Both the position numbers and the translations under genes were made by a program. DNA of 59,541 nucleotides from Atractiella rhizophila (lineage: Eukaryota), in NCBI GenBank assembly GCA_021432655.1, contig MU271467.1:1-59541 (forward strand), given 5' to 3'. Positions 25,293 to 38,798 of this stretch are shown in pieces; the first letter of the stretch is position 1; each line of letters begins with the position of its first letter. The notes under the pieces were generated by a model. That model worked only from the letters and a program-made list of their open reading frames with translations, was not told the origin of the DNA and made no database searches.

Positions 25293-28200
25293 ATGTTTTC
25301 TCTTTACTACGACACCAAGGCGGCGTCTACTAGTGCGTGTCCCCAACATTTATTTATATCTTCTGACCATATATCCTCACCATCTCCGTTGAACCGACTG
25401 GAACGAACGCAGAGCCAGCAGAAGAGAAGAAGAAGAAACCACCACCAACCCCCCCTCCGCCTCCCCATCCACATCCACACCCAACCCCAAACGCGAACCC
25501 TAACCCCCCCTCCAACTCCAAATCCAAATCCAACCCAATCCACACCCACCCCCAATCCCAACCACACACACAAACACAACCACAACCCCAACCTCAAACT
25601 CAACCTCAACCGAACGCAGCAGCACCGATGTCCACGGCATTCATGTCGCTAGCATACTGTCGAGCGACCGCCTGCCAATGTCCCTCTTACGAATCGGGGA
25701 GTGGATCAGGAACGACTGACTCGGAGTGCGCATTATGCTCACACAACGTGCTTTGGCACCATCGGCCGCTGTCGATCAGTATGGAGGGGAACAGGGTGTT
25801 GGAGAGGTGCAAGACAGCAGGATGCGGGTGTCCCATTTGGGTCGGCGCGGATGGGAGGATTGCGAGCGAGGGAGGAGGAGACGGGCTGGGATGTCACCTT
25901 TGTGCTCATCCGAAGAGAGAGCATGAAAATTGGGCCAACTCTTCCGGCGTGGGAGTCGGAGGGAGGATGGTCCATAATAGTCCGCCAGCTAACGTACTCA
26001 CTCCTCCAATCACCCCTCCGCCCGCTCCACCCGCCCTCCTCGCACCCGGAGCTGGGAGTGGACCTGGAGGGATCAACCTATCGAACCTCCAACTGTCGTC
26101 AGCAGAAGAAGATAGCATGTGGTCCGCTGTCCCTCCCCCTCGTCCATCATCCGCTAAACCCCAACTCCACATAACTGTCCCTCCCGCGCACCAAACTCAG
26201 ACAGTCCCCGTCCTGCCGCCGCCGCTCCATCCTGTACAACCGTTCCCTGGCGCACAATCCTATTCGAGACCTTCCACCGCGGATCGGAACAATATCCCTC
26301 CACCGATGCAGCAACAACAAGCTTACGCTCCCGGATTTAGAGGCGCTCATAACGTCGTACCTAACGCTGTCGTCCCTGTTCCTTCCATCCCCTCCATCCC
26401 TCCAGGTAGGATGAGCTTCTCATCTACGACTTCCGGACACTCCACATCGTCCCATGGACACTCGCACCATGGCCATCAACAACAGTACCAACCTCAACTC
26501 CAGCATCAGCACCCCCACCTCCAACACCAACACCAATACCCCCATCCTCAGATCCCGATCCCACAACAAAGACCGGTCCTACACACCCAACTCCCCAACG
26601 TCTCATACACCGACGGGGCTCCCACACCCAGCACCTTCCGTCGACTGCGACGGAGCAGTGAGCCCATCTCCCCAACATCTCTCATGTCCACTCGAACCGC
26701 TTCGAGCTCCAGTCACGCCACCTCCACAAATCACGGAGCGAGTGGAACGGGAGGTGTCACACCACCGAAGAAGTGGGAGAGCCATTGTTCAAGGAACGTA
26801 GAGCTCGAGATCTCACCTCCTCTAAGTGTGGTGCCCATTCATCCGTTGAGTGAGATCAGTTGTAAGGTCCGCCTGGGGGATAAGGTCGCGTTGGGGAATT
26901 ATGAGAGGTTGGAAGTCTGTTTGATGGGCGTTAGCACCGTCAGTGGCGAGCCGTACATCTCTTCTTCTCCTTCTTGGGGTAGGTGCTGATTGTGTTCGGT
27001 GCGGTGCAGGCCGGAACATCATACTTTCCTCACTTTGACGAAGAGCATTTTGCCCAGGAGTGCCGATGTGAAAAGCGAGGGGAGGGCGGATAGGGAGTGG
27101 TCTTTTACCATCCAAGTTCCGTACGTATCTCTCTTTCCACTGTCCATCCATCCGGTCCCATACGTGCCTGCCTAACATCCTATCAATAGAGAGAGGAACG
27201 ACTGTTCGTGCCGCGGCCAACGTCTTTCCTTAGCCCCGTCGTACGCGCATGATGACGTGCAGATCCGCTACTTTTTAGAACTGCAGGGAAAGAGGAAGGA
27301 GAGGTTCAGCACGAACGATAAGCTCCAGATTGGGGTGACGGTCAACAAGACAAAGAACGCGAGCGACCTCCCGTTGCAGGATAAGATTAAGAATTATGTC
27401 TCGACTGACGGTCCTTGGACTATGGCGCTTGCCAGTAAGATGTTTAGTGGAGAGAGGGGTTATGTCATCCTTGTGGAGAAACAGAAGGCGCCAATCGTGG
27501 ATGCTGAGGTTCGTCCCCTCTCGCCTTCTTCATTTGTGGAAGCCAGTAAACGAAAGATGTGATATTGACGATGTGACGCCACCAGTTGTCCGCCCTCGTC
27601 ACAAAGGCTCGCAGCGGCTCCTCCCAGCTACACATCCTCTATCGCTTCTCCCTTCACTTCGCCGCGACCTCAGACATCAATAGCGCAGCGCTGGATCCCA
27701 TTCTGGCCAGCTTGAGGATCTCGTTGTCTCGTCGGATTGTGATCAGGAAGTTAACTGGGAAGGGGAAGGACAGGGATAAGGAGCTCCTTTTACCTGCGAG
27801 AAGGATCCTGTCAACGACGAAGCAGACTGGGAAGGAGGTCCATCGTTCAGATAACAGGACCATCTTGACTGTCGAGGGAAGAATTGAGACCAATAAGAAC
27901 GAGGTGGTGATCTGGAACAGCTGTAATGCGGACGTAAAGGTTCGTCTTCCCCTCAATCCTACTTTTTATTATTCCCTCCTTTCCGAGGAGAAAAAATTAA
28001 TATGTATTCGGGCGACGGCGACCGCAGTTCGATCTATCAGCACACATTTCATCCCCTCTGCTCTCTTCAGACATCTCTGTCGTTCTGCCCATCCAAGATT
28101 TCACAGCTAAAGAGGCTCAAGCCCGACCCTCAGACGTCACAAGCGGGGCGAAATCCATACGTTCCGTCAAATCGGCGAAGGGGAAGGTGCGAGACGAAGT

Positions 28201-28645
28201 CTTATTGAACACCGTCGTACCGTTCGGAATGGAACCGCCTTCGGACGACTCCTCTCTACCCACAGCCACCATTCCCACTCCCGCCACTGCGCATCCCCAA
28301 AGACCAGCAATGCAAACCCGCTCCTACTCTGCATTCGGACCGACATCTGCTCACACTTCAAACTCCAACCATCACATGCAGTTCTATCCACAAACTCCCG
28401 TACCCCCTATCCCGACTGCGTATCAGAACCAAACAGCTCAGATCCCTCCCGTCCCCCCTTTGCCGCAACAACTTCCACAACCCCAGCAAACACAACAACT
28501 TCAATCTCAACAAAGGAGCCTCGAGGCTTCGGCACAATGGCAGGGCGACTTTACGAGATTGGTCACTGAGGAACCGGGGGAACATCTCCCACCGCCGATT
28601 TATCAGAATGCTGTGCACGATAAACCGGTACAACTGCGTCAATGA
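25293..28645 (+). CDS. Hypothetical arrestin-like adaptor with N-terminal duplicated Cys/His motif, Pro/Gln/His-rich linkers and C-terminal PPxY
   Basis: ATG at 25293 with intron 25333-25412 splices in frame into the 25628 ORF. The central beta-rich region (..SYAHDDVQIRYFLELQGKRKERFSTNDKL..) resembles the arrestin N domain. The C-terminus has LPPPIY. Family assignment is inference. Confidence 0.6.
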
Positions 28646-29581
28646 GATGACGGTGGGGATCAGATTGCAGTTTGGTAGGGAAGATGGACCCTTGGCTCCG
28701 GACCGACGGGATGTGGAATGCGTTTGTTGAGGGTAGAATGGATACCCTGTACTGATCCACTGAAGTAGTAGATGTGCGCTTTTGATAGTTCGTGCTTCGT
28801 ATTTTGATTGACAGAGATTTGGTCTGCTTGCCAGAATTCTACCTTACCTTGATTGTAGTGCCCATGTGCTGAAATTCTATGATCAGTTATGGAAACCCTA
28901 CAAAGTCTGCTCCTGGTGGGGTGCACGTGACGTGATACAGGGTGCCAACTCACACAAACATGTTCCATCTCCACCATATTTGTCCATATTGTCCTTGAAA
29001 CGTCTTCCCGCAACAGGTGCGTATTGATGCTTTTCCTCCTGGTTGGAAGGACACGTCCTCTTTATGAATCCTAGCGAGGATGCACCTATAATCTTATCAA
29101 TTGACAGTGATGCATGAACGAAGTGGGTTGCTTCTAAGCATGTGTGCTAAAAGGAGAGAGTAGATTTGCTCCTTCTGAGGAGGCACTCTCCACATTTGTA
29201 CCTCTCGAAGGGACCACGTCGTCCAACTTCATGTTCCAACATTATCTTCTACTAGCATTTATACTCGACAGAACGCGACTTTTACGTCGACGTGCACTGA
29301 GATTGGTCTTACGGAGTGTGAAGGCTTCTACTTACTGCCCGTCGTACTCCGATCGTGTAGTAAGGCTTCATCCTTAGGTTCAAATCGTGCAAGTCGTCGT
29401 TCGCCAACTTCTTGGGTTAGTTGTTGTGTGATCCCTTACACCATCCCGAGCTTCTATTCTATAGTACTCAGCAATTTATGCTCGAAATTACCTGTGCCAA
29501 CGTGTTCGGCTTTCCAGCATTTTCCCTTTCTCTGAATAAATTTAACCGATTTTGTGCTAGAAGCTCAAAGTTCAATCAAAC

Positions 29582-30983
29582 ATGTCTTTACTCCCTCTCG
29601 AGATCATCATTGAAATTCTGGTTTATGCGCATTCTGACAATTGGGACGAAGATCTCAATCGGCAATATCTTTCGTTGTCCCTAGTGTACACCTACAATAC
29701 CATTCTCGTATAGTATTGAGATGAATGCGGCTGCAAACGATGGCCGTCAGAAGTACGAAACATTATTTTCGCAGGCTCGAATTACATCTTGTTTCTAGAT
29801 CCTTTCTTACAACGCCCTCCATTCTGTCGTTTTTGAAGGCATGCAAGACGTGTGATTGGCTCCCGCCGTTGATCGCCTGCATCGTGTTACGTTTGGACAG
29901 CGAAAGTTCATGGATCTCCATGTTGATATCAGAACCAGGCACAGACATACCCAGCTTCCCAGGGATGGAGCAACTGCAAACCTTCGCAAACTCAGCAATA
30001 TTTCCAAGATTGCGAAAATTTGAATTATCCGGTGATCCTTTCCAAGGCTGTCAGGTTTCGATTCTCAAGCTGCTTTCTGCCCTTGATCTGACATCACTTC
30101 GGTTCTTGGGCGGCAACGTGGAATTGCAGGACCTTTTAAACTGTCTCCAAATTTGCATATGTCTTTCGTGAGCTAGAGATGTGCTCCTTGGAACTCAGAG
30201 GCAATCCTACTCCTGACCGTCTGCCAAAGCTCAATCTCGAATGCTTTATGTATGAGGAGGGATGGGAGAAAATACCTCACCCATGGCTCTTCTCCACCCT
30301 GCTTCCTGACCTGAAATTTCTCAAAGTCGAGACTACCGTGTGTATTGATGAAGATGTCAGTACCTTGGTTACCTCCAACTCTAAGTTTTTGCAGCTTCAG
30401 GAATTGAGTCTCAATCTCACAACGGAGAAGTTTTTTCCGCTCGGAACATTCGCCTCCCCTGGAACGTCTGCCTGTGAACAAATTTCTATCCCTGTTTTCG
30501 AATTTGCAAGCTCTCAATCTTCACGGCGCGGGGTGGGATGAGACTGTTTTCCGCATTTTACCTGCATCTCTGAAGAGGCTACAAATGCATCTGGACCCCG
30601 AAAAAGTTACGGTAAGACCGCAACATGTACGACGGGGTTTAATCCAACAGAACCATCTTTCGTCATTGGAAATTTTCAAGCTGACTGTGGAGGTGGACAG
30701 TAATTCGTGGGAGAACATTTCTGTACAAGAACAATGGATTACTTCCTTTGATTCTTTGGAGAAGGACTTGAAAGAGTCTGGAAGGCATTGGGCAGTGTGT
30801 GACTTGACGCTACGGAGGATTCCGCTTGTTGATGAGTGGATGTTGGAATCCTTGCACGAGTATTTGGAACAAGGAGGTTCCATGAGCGAAATTTTTCCCG
30901 AGGGCAGTGACGATGAGGTTGATTTTGGGACGGAGTTGTCGATGGCTGGTGGTAGTGGTAGCCTACCAGTTTGGATGTGCTGA
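29582..30983 (+). pseudogene. F-box/LRR-like gene with about 3 frameshifts (pseudogene or sequencing errors)
   Basis: Starts MSLLPLEIIIEIL..LSLV/CKRW (F-box-like), followed by LRR-like segments. The frame changes near 29760, 30145 and 30455 with no evident introns. Confidence 0.55.
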
Positions 30984-31374
30984 ATTTCATGTAAACAACA
31001 TATGTGTGGAGTTCTGAATTTCACAAAAGTCACAAATGTAGTTACTTGATTTGCTGTAATCCTATCAATTTTCCCAAGGATAAGCAGGCTGAAAGGCAGC
31101 GACGAGCAAATAATATAGTGGTGTCCAAGAATTAGCATGAGAGCAATCATTGGATTCATCAATATTAGCTCAGAATTGAATTCCCGAAAGACATCTTCTC
31201 AGCAGAGAGTGCGAGTTGGGCTGGGATGAGATGAGTACTTCACTGATTCTCCGCTTTGAACAAGTTGTGGTTCGAACCAAAGTCCTGTCGGGCGGAAATC
31301 AAAGGAAACGCCAGAGTGCACATCCCGATTGCCACCAAATCTTCACCGTAACATCTTATCAACACCTCAAAAAA

Positions 31375-32893
31375 ATGGCATCTCGATCTTCTCAACCGTT
31401 GAAGGTTGGAGTCCTTGGTTTTGGGATGAGTGCAACGATCTTCCAGTACGATTGCTTTAACCACTTTGTAACATCACACAGATCATAATAATGTCTACAG
31501 CATCCCGCTGATACAATCTCTACCTCAACTTTACACACTTCATAGCGTTCAGTCTCGCTCAGCGGGAAGTCCAACCGCTGACTCTCCTCTCGCAAAATTC
31601 CACAAGAATTTTCCCGACGTCAAGCTAGTCACTACTTATGAAGAAGTGGCCTCAGATCCAGATATCGATGTGGTCTGCGTTTGCACGCCCAATGATTCGC
31701 ACGAGGCAGTTGTGAAAGTAGGATGTTCCATCAATAAGCCCTTTCAGCTGATCTATTGTCCAGCTACTGCTGGAGAACGGGAAGCATGTCATCTTAGAGA
31801 AACCATCATTTATCACGTCCGATGCTGCACAGCGCTCCTTTGATCTTGCGAAAGAGAAACAGCGGCTCATTGCCGTGTACCAGAATAGGAGGTGCTTCCT
31901 TTCTCTTCTATCTCCTTGTTGCGATTAAGTTGGCGTATTTAGGTTCGATGCGGATTTTTTGACGCTACGAAAGCTCATCGAGAAAAAAGTCTTTGGACCG
32001 CTCAACGAATTGAGTACATATTACGATCGGTATCGACCGTCCCTGTCCTCCACAGCATGGAAGAACTCTGCAGCACCAGGTCACGGCATTGTTTTTGATC
32101 TAGGGACACATCTTCTGGACCAAATTTTACATCTGTTTGGGCTCCCGGCGGAGGTGTCTACTCCAGTCCTTCGAAATGTCAAGGAGGATGGCGGCGCGCC
32201 GGACGAGATGCTCGTTCTGCTAGGATACGGCAAATTGAATGTCCTTGTGAGAGGTACGGTGTTGAGCCCTCTGAAGAAGCAACTCAGGTTTGGTAAGTGT
32301 CACGCCTTTGTTTTTCATGTGTCTGACGTGTTTCGCTTTTTGAGTCGCGAAGGGAAAGAATGCATCGTGGGTCAAGTATGGCATCGATGCGCAAGAGGAC
32401 CAGCTGAAGCATTGGATGTCCACAAGAGGTCTTGGAGTCGGAGGCGGATTAGATGAAGAGACCTTCGGTTTCGGTACACCTTTGTTTCGGCTCTCGTTGT
32501 GATTGTTGCTGAGAGAACCAATAGAAAGTGAGGATCTTACAGGGACACTCACTATAGTTAAAGAAGACGGGTCATTTACTGAAGAGCAGCCGAAAACTGA
32601 ACGTGGAAATTAGTGAGTCCATTCTTCTAGCGCGACGTGTGCACGAATTGAGGGTTCCCAACAGCCAAGCTTGGTATCTACAAAATCACGCCGCCTTTGT
32701 CAGTAATGATGCCTCAAAATTGGTCGTCAGCGTTCGTCCTCCCCCATCTGTGACCCCTCTTCAAGGTAGTGATTTTACCCTGATTTAGGATCTGGACGCG
32801 ATCAATCTCATCCGTTTAATTGAGCTGATTTACGAAAGCGCCTCCAAAGGGGGTGCAAAACTTCCAGTTCCTTCATCTTGGGGCACAGCTTAA
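31375..32893 (+). CDS. Gfo/Idh/MocA family NAD(P)-dependent oxidoreductase
   Basis: Motifs KVGVLGFGMSATIFH, CTPNDSH, GKHVILEKP, YQNRRFDADF and GIVFDLGTHLLDQ. Confidence 0.92.
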
Positions 32894-33071
32894 ACGCTTA
32901 AAAGTGAAAAAGGCGCCCCCATTGAAAATCGATGTCGGTTGTAGCTTTGTAACAAAATAGAATTGGTATGCTATGCACAGAATGCAAGGTATATATGTGT
33001 TTGTGTCACCATATAATAAAATGGCCTTTGGCCAAAACCTGAAGAACACTGCTTCGTATCATCCAATAGAA

Positions 33072-35004
33072 TCAATCGGCACTTTTCATTGTCTTCTCCT
33101 CCCAAGGCGGTCGTGGGGCGGCTGTGTTGCCATGGTCTCTCCGCCAGATGCCCTCGACCACCATTTCAGCCGATGTAACACAACCATCTAGAAGGGGTAT
33201 CCCTCCACCACACCAACTACCGCACAGATATATACCGCCGACGCCTTGGAACCTGCCTTCCTGTTGTCGATCTTTCTGACGCGGAGCGGCGAAGAAGGGA
33301 AAGAAGAGTACGCGAAGAAGGAAAAGAAGAAGCTGACGGATCCGAGGCTTTGAGGGATTTGTTTTTGATCCCGCCGACGATGGAGGTATTAAAAACCCTT
33401 CGAGCGCCGCCGCACTCCGTCGTGTGACCAATGCCCTCTCGTACCAACTCGTCTTGATGATTTTATCTGCTTCGATTTCTACGGTCGGATTCGTGGTCTG
33501 CAAAACAAGGTCTCTTGTACTCTTCATTCCTTCAGCGAGTGCCTGGTGGGTGCGCGATAGGATGTGAGTTGCCATTACATGATTTGCGGGCATTATCGAC
33601 TTGGACTTGAAGACAGGCTGGCAGTTGTCATCGATGTTAGGCGGCGGGTCATTCTGTGTCGACAATGCGATATTGAGGTCTCTCCACTCGTCCTTTTTCG
33701 GAGGAAGGACAGCCCGCCAATCCCGATGATCGATCACCAGGCTTGTGGCCCATTCGAACCGCCCTAATGCTGCGAGACGCTCGCTGTCTAACTTCTTTTC
33801 GTCTCCATTTGACTCTAGTCCCTTGGAATATCCGCCAAGAAGTCGTAGGGATTGGTGCGCCGGAAGGGCGAACACAAGATAATCAAATGTGTACATCTCT
33901 TTAGACGCTGTCGTAACATGAAGGGAAGGAAGCGACGAGGAGGAGAGGGATGACGAAATATTGATGACAGTCCCCGCCTCCTTGAGGTGGATATGAGATT
34001 CTGGGAAGGAAGAGAGGAGGTTCGAGACGACGTCTTGCACGCCATTGGTGGTTACGAAGTGCGGGGTGAGGAAGGTGTCGGCTATATAGTCTGTTTACAA
34101 TTCCCTTATTGGTTAGGAGCGTAAGAGGCAAAATTGAAAGTAGGAGACACTGACCTGTCACGCAACGTAATGGAAGTTGCTTGATTTTCCCAACGTCTGC
34201 AGTGCAGACACAAGCAAATAATGGCACTAGAATTTCCTCCAGAAATCTCCCTCTAACGAATGGCACTTTCTCCAAGTCCCCCAGTTCCCAGTCGTCAATC
34301 TTCGTTGAACCCTTTGGCAGGACTCGGAGGCCAAAGGAGAAGACGACCAGGAGGACGTAGGCAATGGAGATAGAGATATACTCCCACACTGAGGAGCTAG
34401 GATTGAGTTTGAAAGGAGGAAAAGTGCCGAATCCATTCGAGCCTTCATAGACGAGACGAGACGAAGAGGATCGAGAGTTGGCGATGAAGAAGGAGTAGTC
34501 GAAGTTCTTCTGAGTTAGAGGGATCCCTAAATATTCATACAGCTTGAATACACGATCGTGTGTACCTGTTCACAATGATCATTCAGCTCTAGATTTCGAG
34601 ATGCTAAAAGAGGAACGGCTACCTCCTTGCATCGCACGCATGGGCGAGTCAACCCTGAAAGGAGCACCGGAAGGAGCTGTTATGGTATGGGAATTGGCAT
34701 CCATACCGAGCGTCGAGGCCTTCGTAGGCATGAGCTAGAGGAGACAAAGCGGGTAGGAATACTCACTCGCTCAAAAAGGTGTACCTGTTCACCGACTGCC
34801 ATTAGTTTTCATCGGTTAAGAGCTGAACGATTGCTCACATCGTACTCCACCTGTTCGTCATCTTGTTTATTATAAAAGTTGAGTAAATTAGCAGCCACAA
34901 GACCCGAAAGACCACTGTCAAACACGATCAATGAGGCACCATAGCAAATGCGAGACAGCCACAGACCTGCCAATGATTCCAACCCTTACGACCTTCTTAC
35001 TCAT
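33072..35004 (-). CDS. FAD-dependent oxidoreductase (flavin amine oxidase-like)
   Basis: N-terminal dinucleotide-binding motif MSKKVVRVGIIG..GL.AA..HLFER, then DSPMRAMQGG, FDYLVFALPAHQ and C-terminal GIYLCGSWCGGGIPLLDGCVTSA. Confidence 0.82.
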
Positions 35005-35583
35005 CTCTAATCCAGCAACACACCTCCCGCTACAAATTGTCGGAGCCTTCAACCCCAACGCAAAAAGTCTTTTAAGTCGCGGTTTTGGTGGAGCGGTGGC
35101 GTCCCGACGGCTGTGAAATCGGACGACGAGGTCGTCCACCGACTTGTTTTGATAACAATCGCCATCTCGCCATTCGCTTTTTCTGAAATCGCGCGAGAAC
35201 TGACGCGTCTCTGCTGTCGGCACCAGCAGAGGCAGTGGAAGAACAGGTTCCAGGCGTAGAATTGAAGAACATGCGAGGAAGTTCCATCATCAGACCATCA
35301 TGGCAATGGGCTAATATCTGGGTTAATGGTAAGTCATTCCGTGGCCCATAGTTAGTAAGGTCCTGGGAATATTAAAGAGCAAAGCTATTGTTATTTTGTG
35401 CTGCACGGCGACTGTATTGCAATTGGCAAGAGGTTCATTTCAAAGCAGAACCTGCAACGCCGTTCTTCAGATTGCTCACTAAAATGCTTTCCTCTCAGGA
35501 GGGTGAGGGAAGGTGACTGTATGATACGGCGTGATAAAGCATACTATACGTTCTGTGACAGTCACAGTTCAACCATATCCAAG

Positions 35584-38096
35584 TCACCTGTAGTTTCTGC
35601 TGTAGTAGCCCTCTAGCATGTGTCCAAGCTCCTTCATAGTTTGTAGCAGCTTGAAGTCATCACTGTTCATCCCCTCAAAGCTCTGGATTTTGTTCCCAAA
35701 GATGTCGTCATCGGCTTTACAGACTGAACCTGATTTCGGCAACACTTTCCACACTATGAGCCAATCTGCTACATACAGATCAAATAAAACGTTACCTCCA
35801 TCATTGAAGTAATTTCTTATGGCCGTGGCCGTGCATACGGATGACTGAGCAGGGGTGCAATGTCCATAACCATCTTGAATCAACAGGCTAGCAGAACGGC
35901 CAAACTGTTTTGTCACCCGTTTAGCGACGGGGAGAGCACAAACGGGATCATTCGTATTCTGAACGATCAAGAATGGATGTCTGTGAGCTATCAGCAGGGG
36001 AAAATGCTCAAGTGATGGATGGTACGGACGCTGTTCCGTTGACCGGGATAAAAGGGCCAGCGAAGCGTTCGTAAGGCTCAACCTTGTAGCTTTGACACTC
36101 CAGAATGGAGAGCGCGAAGGAGTCGCCGTCCTACCTAGATTAAGTTGAAGACACAATGGGCTAATGACACGTACCCATATTGAAATATTGCTAAGCTAGA
36201 CGATATCATCAATGGGATATTGCGCTGTCAAATGCGTACTTACATGTCGCATATGATGCACAACTTCGGTCAAAGAAGTGTTTGTCACCTTTAATCTATC
36301 CTGGTCACTACAGAGTGTAGCCTATATGCCATTCAATCTGCAGCCTCCACAAGAAAAAATTAACGTACACGATTTGTGATCATTCCTGCCTGCCCGTTCA
36401 TCACTCTTCCAAAAGGGTTATCATCCCACCTTTTATGCACAAAGTCTTCTTCCCCAGGTTGCGACATTTCCCAAAGCATTTCAGGTTTTCCAGCTTCTGC
36501 ATTGTTCAGCGCCGTCGCCAGATCCTTCCAGCGTTTGGGACTATACATTGTCGTAAATATGACGGGGTGGAGATTCGCGGCTGTCAGGATTCCAGCACCG
36601 GAGCGTGAAGCTACGGCCATAGGTGCTTCGAGTAGTCGAGCAGACAACGAGGTCAACCGCTCGTGTAGATCGGCTGATGTCTGGTTTGCTCGAGCGAGAG
36701 CACAGTACGCCGGGCCTGAAGAGACGCACTCCTCGAGAAAGCCCCAATACACCTTGTATATGCATTATTGGGGACGGTGCTTGAAATATGAAGAAAACGT
36801 ACCTGGTCCGTCGAAGAGCGGAGCTCTTTATACCATTCTATGAAGTCGTCGGCTAGTAGTTGGGGGTCACCCATCTGCCGCACGTCATCAGGTTGTGCTG
36901 GATCACGGATTGGAAAAGACGAACTCCATCGAGAACCACTCTGTTCACTAGCTCAGGGAACATTCCCACAAAGTGGAAACCAATGTCGGTCCCTGCATCA
37001 GTAATCTCATCAGAATTTTGTGTTGCGAAGCGGGATGCTCGCCATAAGAGAACCCCCAATAGTTCAGACCGTCTTCTACTTCTCCTGAAGCTTCTAAAAT
37101 CCATTTCATATCTCTAGCAGTAAAAGCTGTGCTCAAACTTTTCAGCAATTCTTTGTTACCAAACTTCATGCAGCTCTGCCATTCCGCGTCAACGTTCGCT
37201 CGATATTTCTTGAGGAAGGCGAGTTCGGATTGATTAGATGCGAGCTGTCTGGAAGGCGAAAGAGTTGAGATGTTTGGATGGAGGTATGGAGAGGCTTCTG
37301 GGAAAAGACGAGATGTGTATGGAATGCCAATTTGACCCATGGTATATTCGTGTAGATTTGCACTGGCTTCGTCTTGAAAGCAGTTTACGGCCGGAGTCGT
37401 GAGATTGACGCCTCTGGGATCCCACCCAAGAATGTCGTATTGTCCCTAAAGTCATTTCAGTGATTTGAAACTTGAAGTGACGTCTGGTTGACTGCACCTC
37501 CGTTATGATGGAGATGCTTGGTCCTAACCTGGCAACTGCTGCATGTCCACTTCCACCAGGTCCACCTATGCTTCTCCTCAACAAGTGGCGCACCGCAGAA
37601 TAACATGCGTACCAGGATTGATGAACAAGGTTCCTTTTCTCAGCCCTGGACGCACCGTAGCGGGAAGCCGTCTCAAGGCGAGTGAAACTGTCGAATTCGG
37701 CTGTGGATCGAGATGCTGTTGTTTTACACCATCATCCATCAATGTGCAAGGGAAAGCCTCATAGACGAAGACTCTCACATTCATCGGCACTGTCAGATAT
37801 GCACAATCTAAGTGTGTAACATCAGGGCAAGCGCTCCAAGCTATGCCCCCATGTAGTCCAACCGATTGTCTGACGATTCGCTCTTCCTTCGAATGGTACC
37901 AATTTGCAGAATCACGGGCAAGAAACCTCAGGGTGCGTGATAGCAATAAAGCAAACGTGATGCCAATGAACCAGCGTGATATGGAGATCGAGAGACTAAA
38001 TTTACTCCTTTGTCTTTTCGTAGGAACATGGACAGCCAATCCTGTTCCCAACTTGGAGGCTGCATCATCCTCCCAACGAAGTTTATGGGAGTGCAT
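35584..38096 (-). CDS. TAP-like (Abhydrolase_4) serine peptidase/hydrolase with N-terminal membrane anchor
   Basis: Motifs DCAYLTVPM, NPGGPGGSG, GWDPRGV, nucleophile YWGFSYG, DPVC and GYGHCT. Confidence 0.9.
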
Positions 38097-38798
38097 CGCG
38101 AACCGGGGTTGGAGCTAGGGCAATGAGACCAAAGAAAAGAGGTACTTCAGTATCCCAACCGCAACGTGCCAGTGGTTAACAGCGCAATGACAGGAATGGG
38201 AGTCACATCATTTGGATACAGGGAAAGACATATCCTGATAGGAGCCTGTACACACGTAGCTTCCCTGGGGAAGAGTCGGAAGCCCGGGACAGCACAATCT
38301 GGCAGTCTGGAGAGAAGGACTGATTATAAAATTTCCAGCTGAACTAGGGAAGAGAAGTGGTATGTTACCTTCTATCGCGGTGCTAGCTGCTAGCACAATC
38401 AAAGCCATGACGTGCCAGCCTCAATTTACTGCTTGGAGGCTACAGTGGCCTTTAAGAGCCTGAACTAACATGCTGGTGAACGAGTTGACGCAAATGGAGC
38501 ACATAGTTGACCTCGTATTGCAAAAGAAAACAAATTAAACACTCGCACAAAATGCTAAGGAAGAACGCGTTCATGGCGAGGGCCGCTAACAATACGATGG
38601 ACAACTGCCTTGTTCTACTGTAAAGGATCCATAAAGAGGCCAGATTCATTCAAAAACAGGGAAATGAACGACAGATGATACAAGAATGAAGAATAGAGAA
38701 ATCGGAATCTAACCTTCAACGACACTTCAGACCCATTTGTCCTTTTCGTTTAGGGCATAGCTTCCTAGCATCCGCACGATGAAAGGCCGGCGAAGCGT

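Noticed and set aside
25440..25620. C/A-rich low-complexity tract as non-coding satellite
   Set aside because: It is in frame with the downstream ORF and encodes a Pro/His/Gln-rich segment after splicing from ATG 25293.
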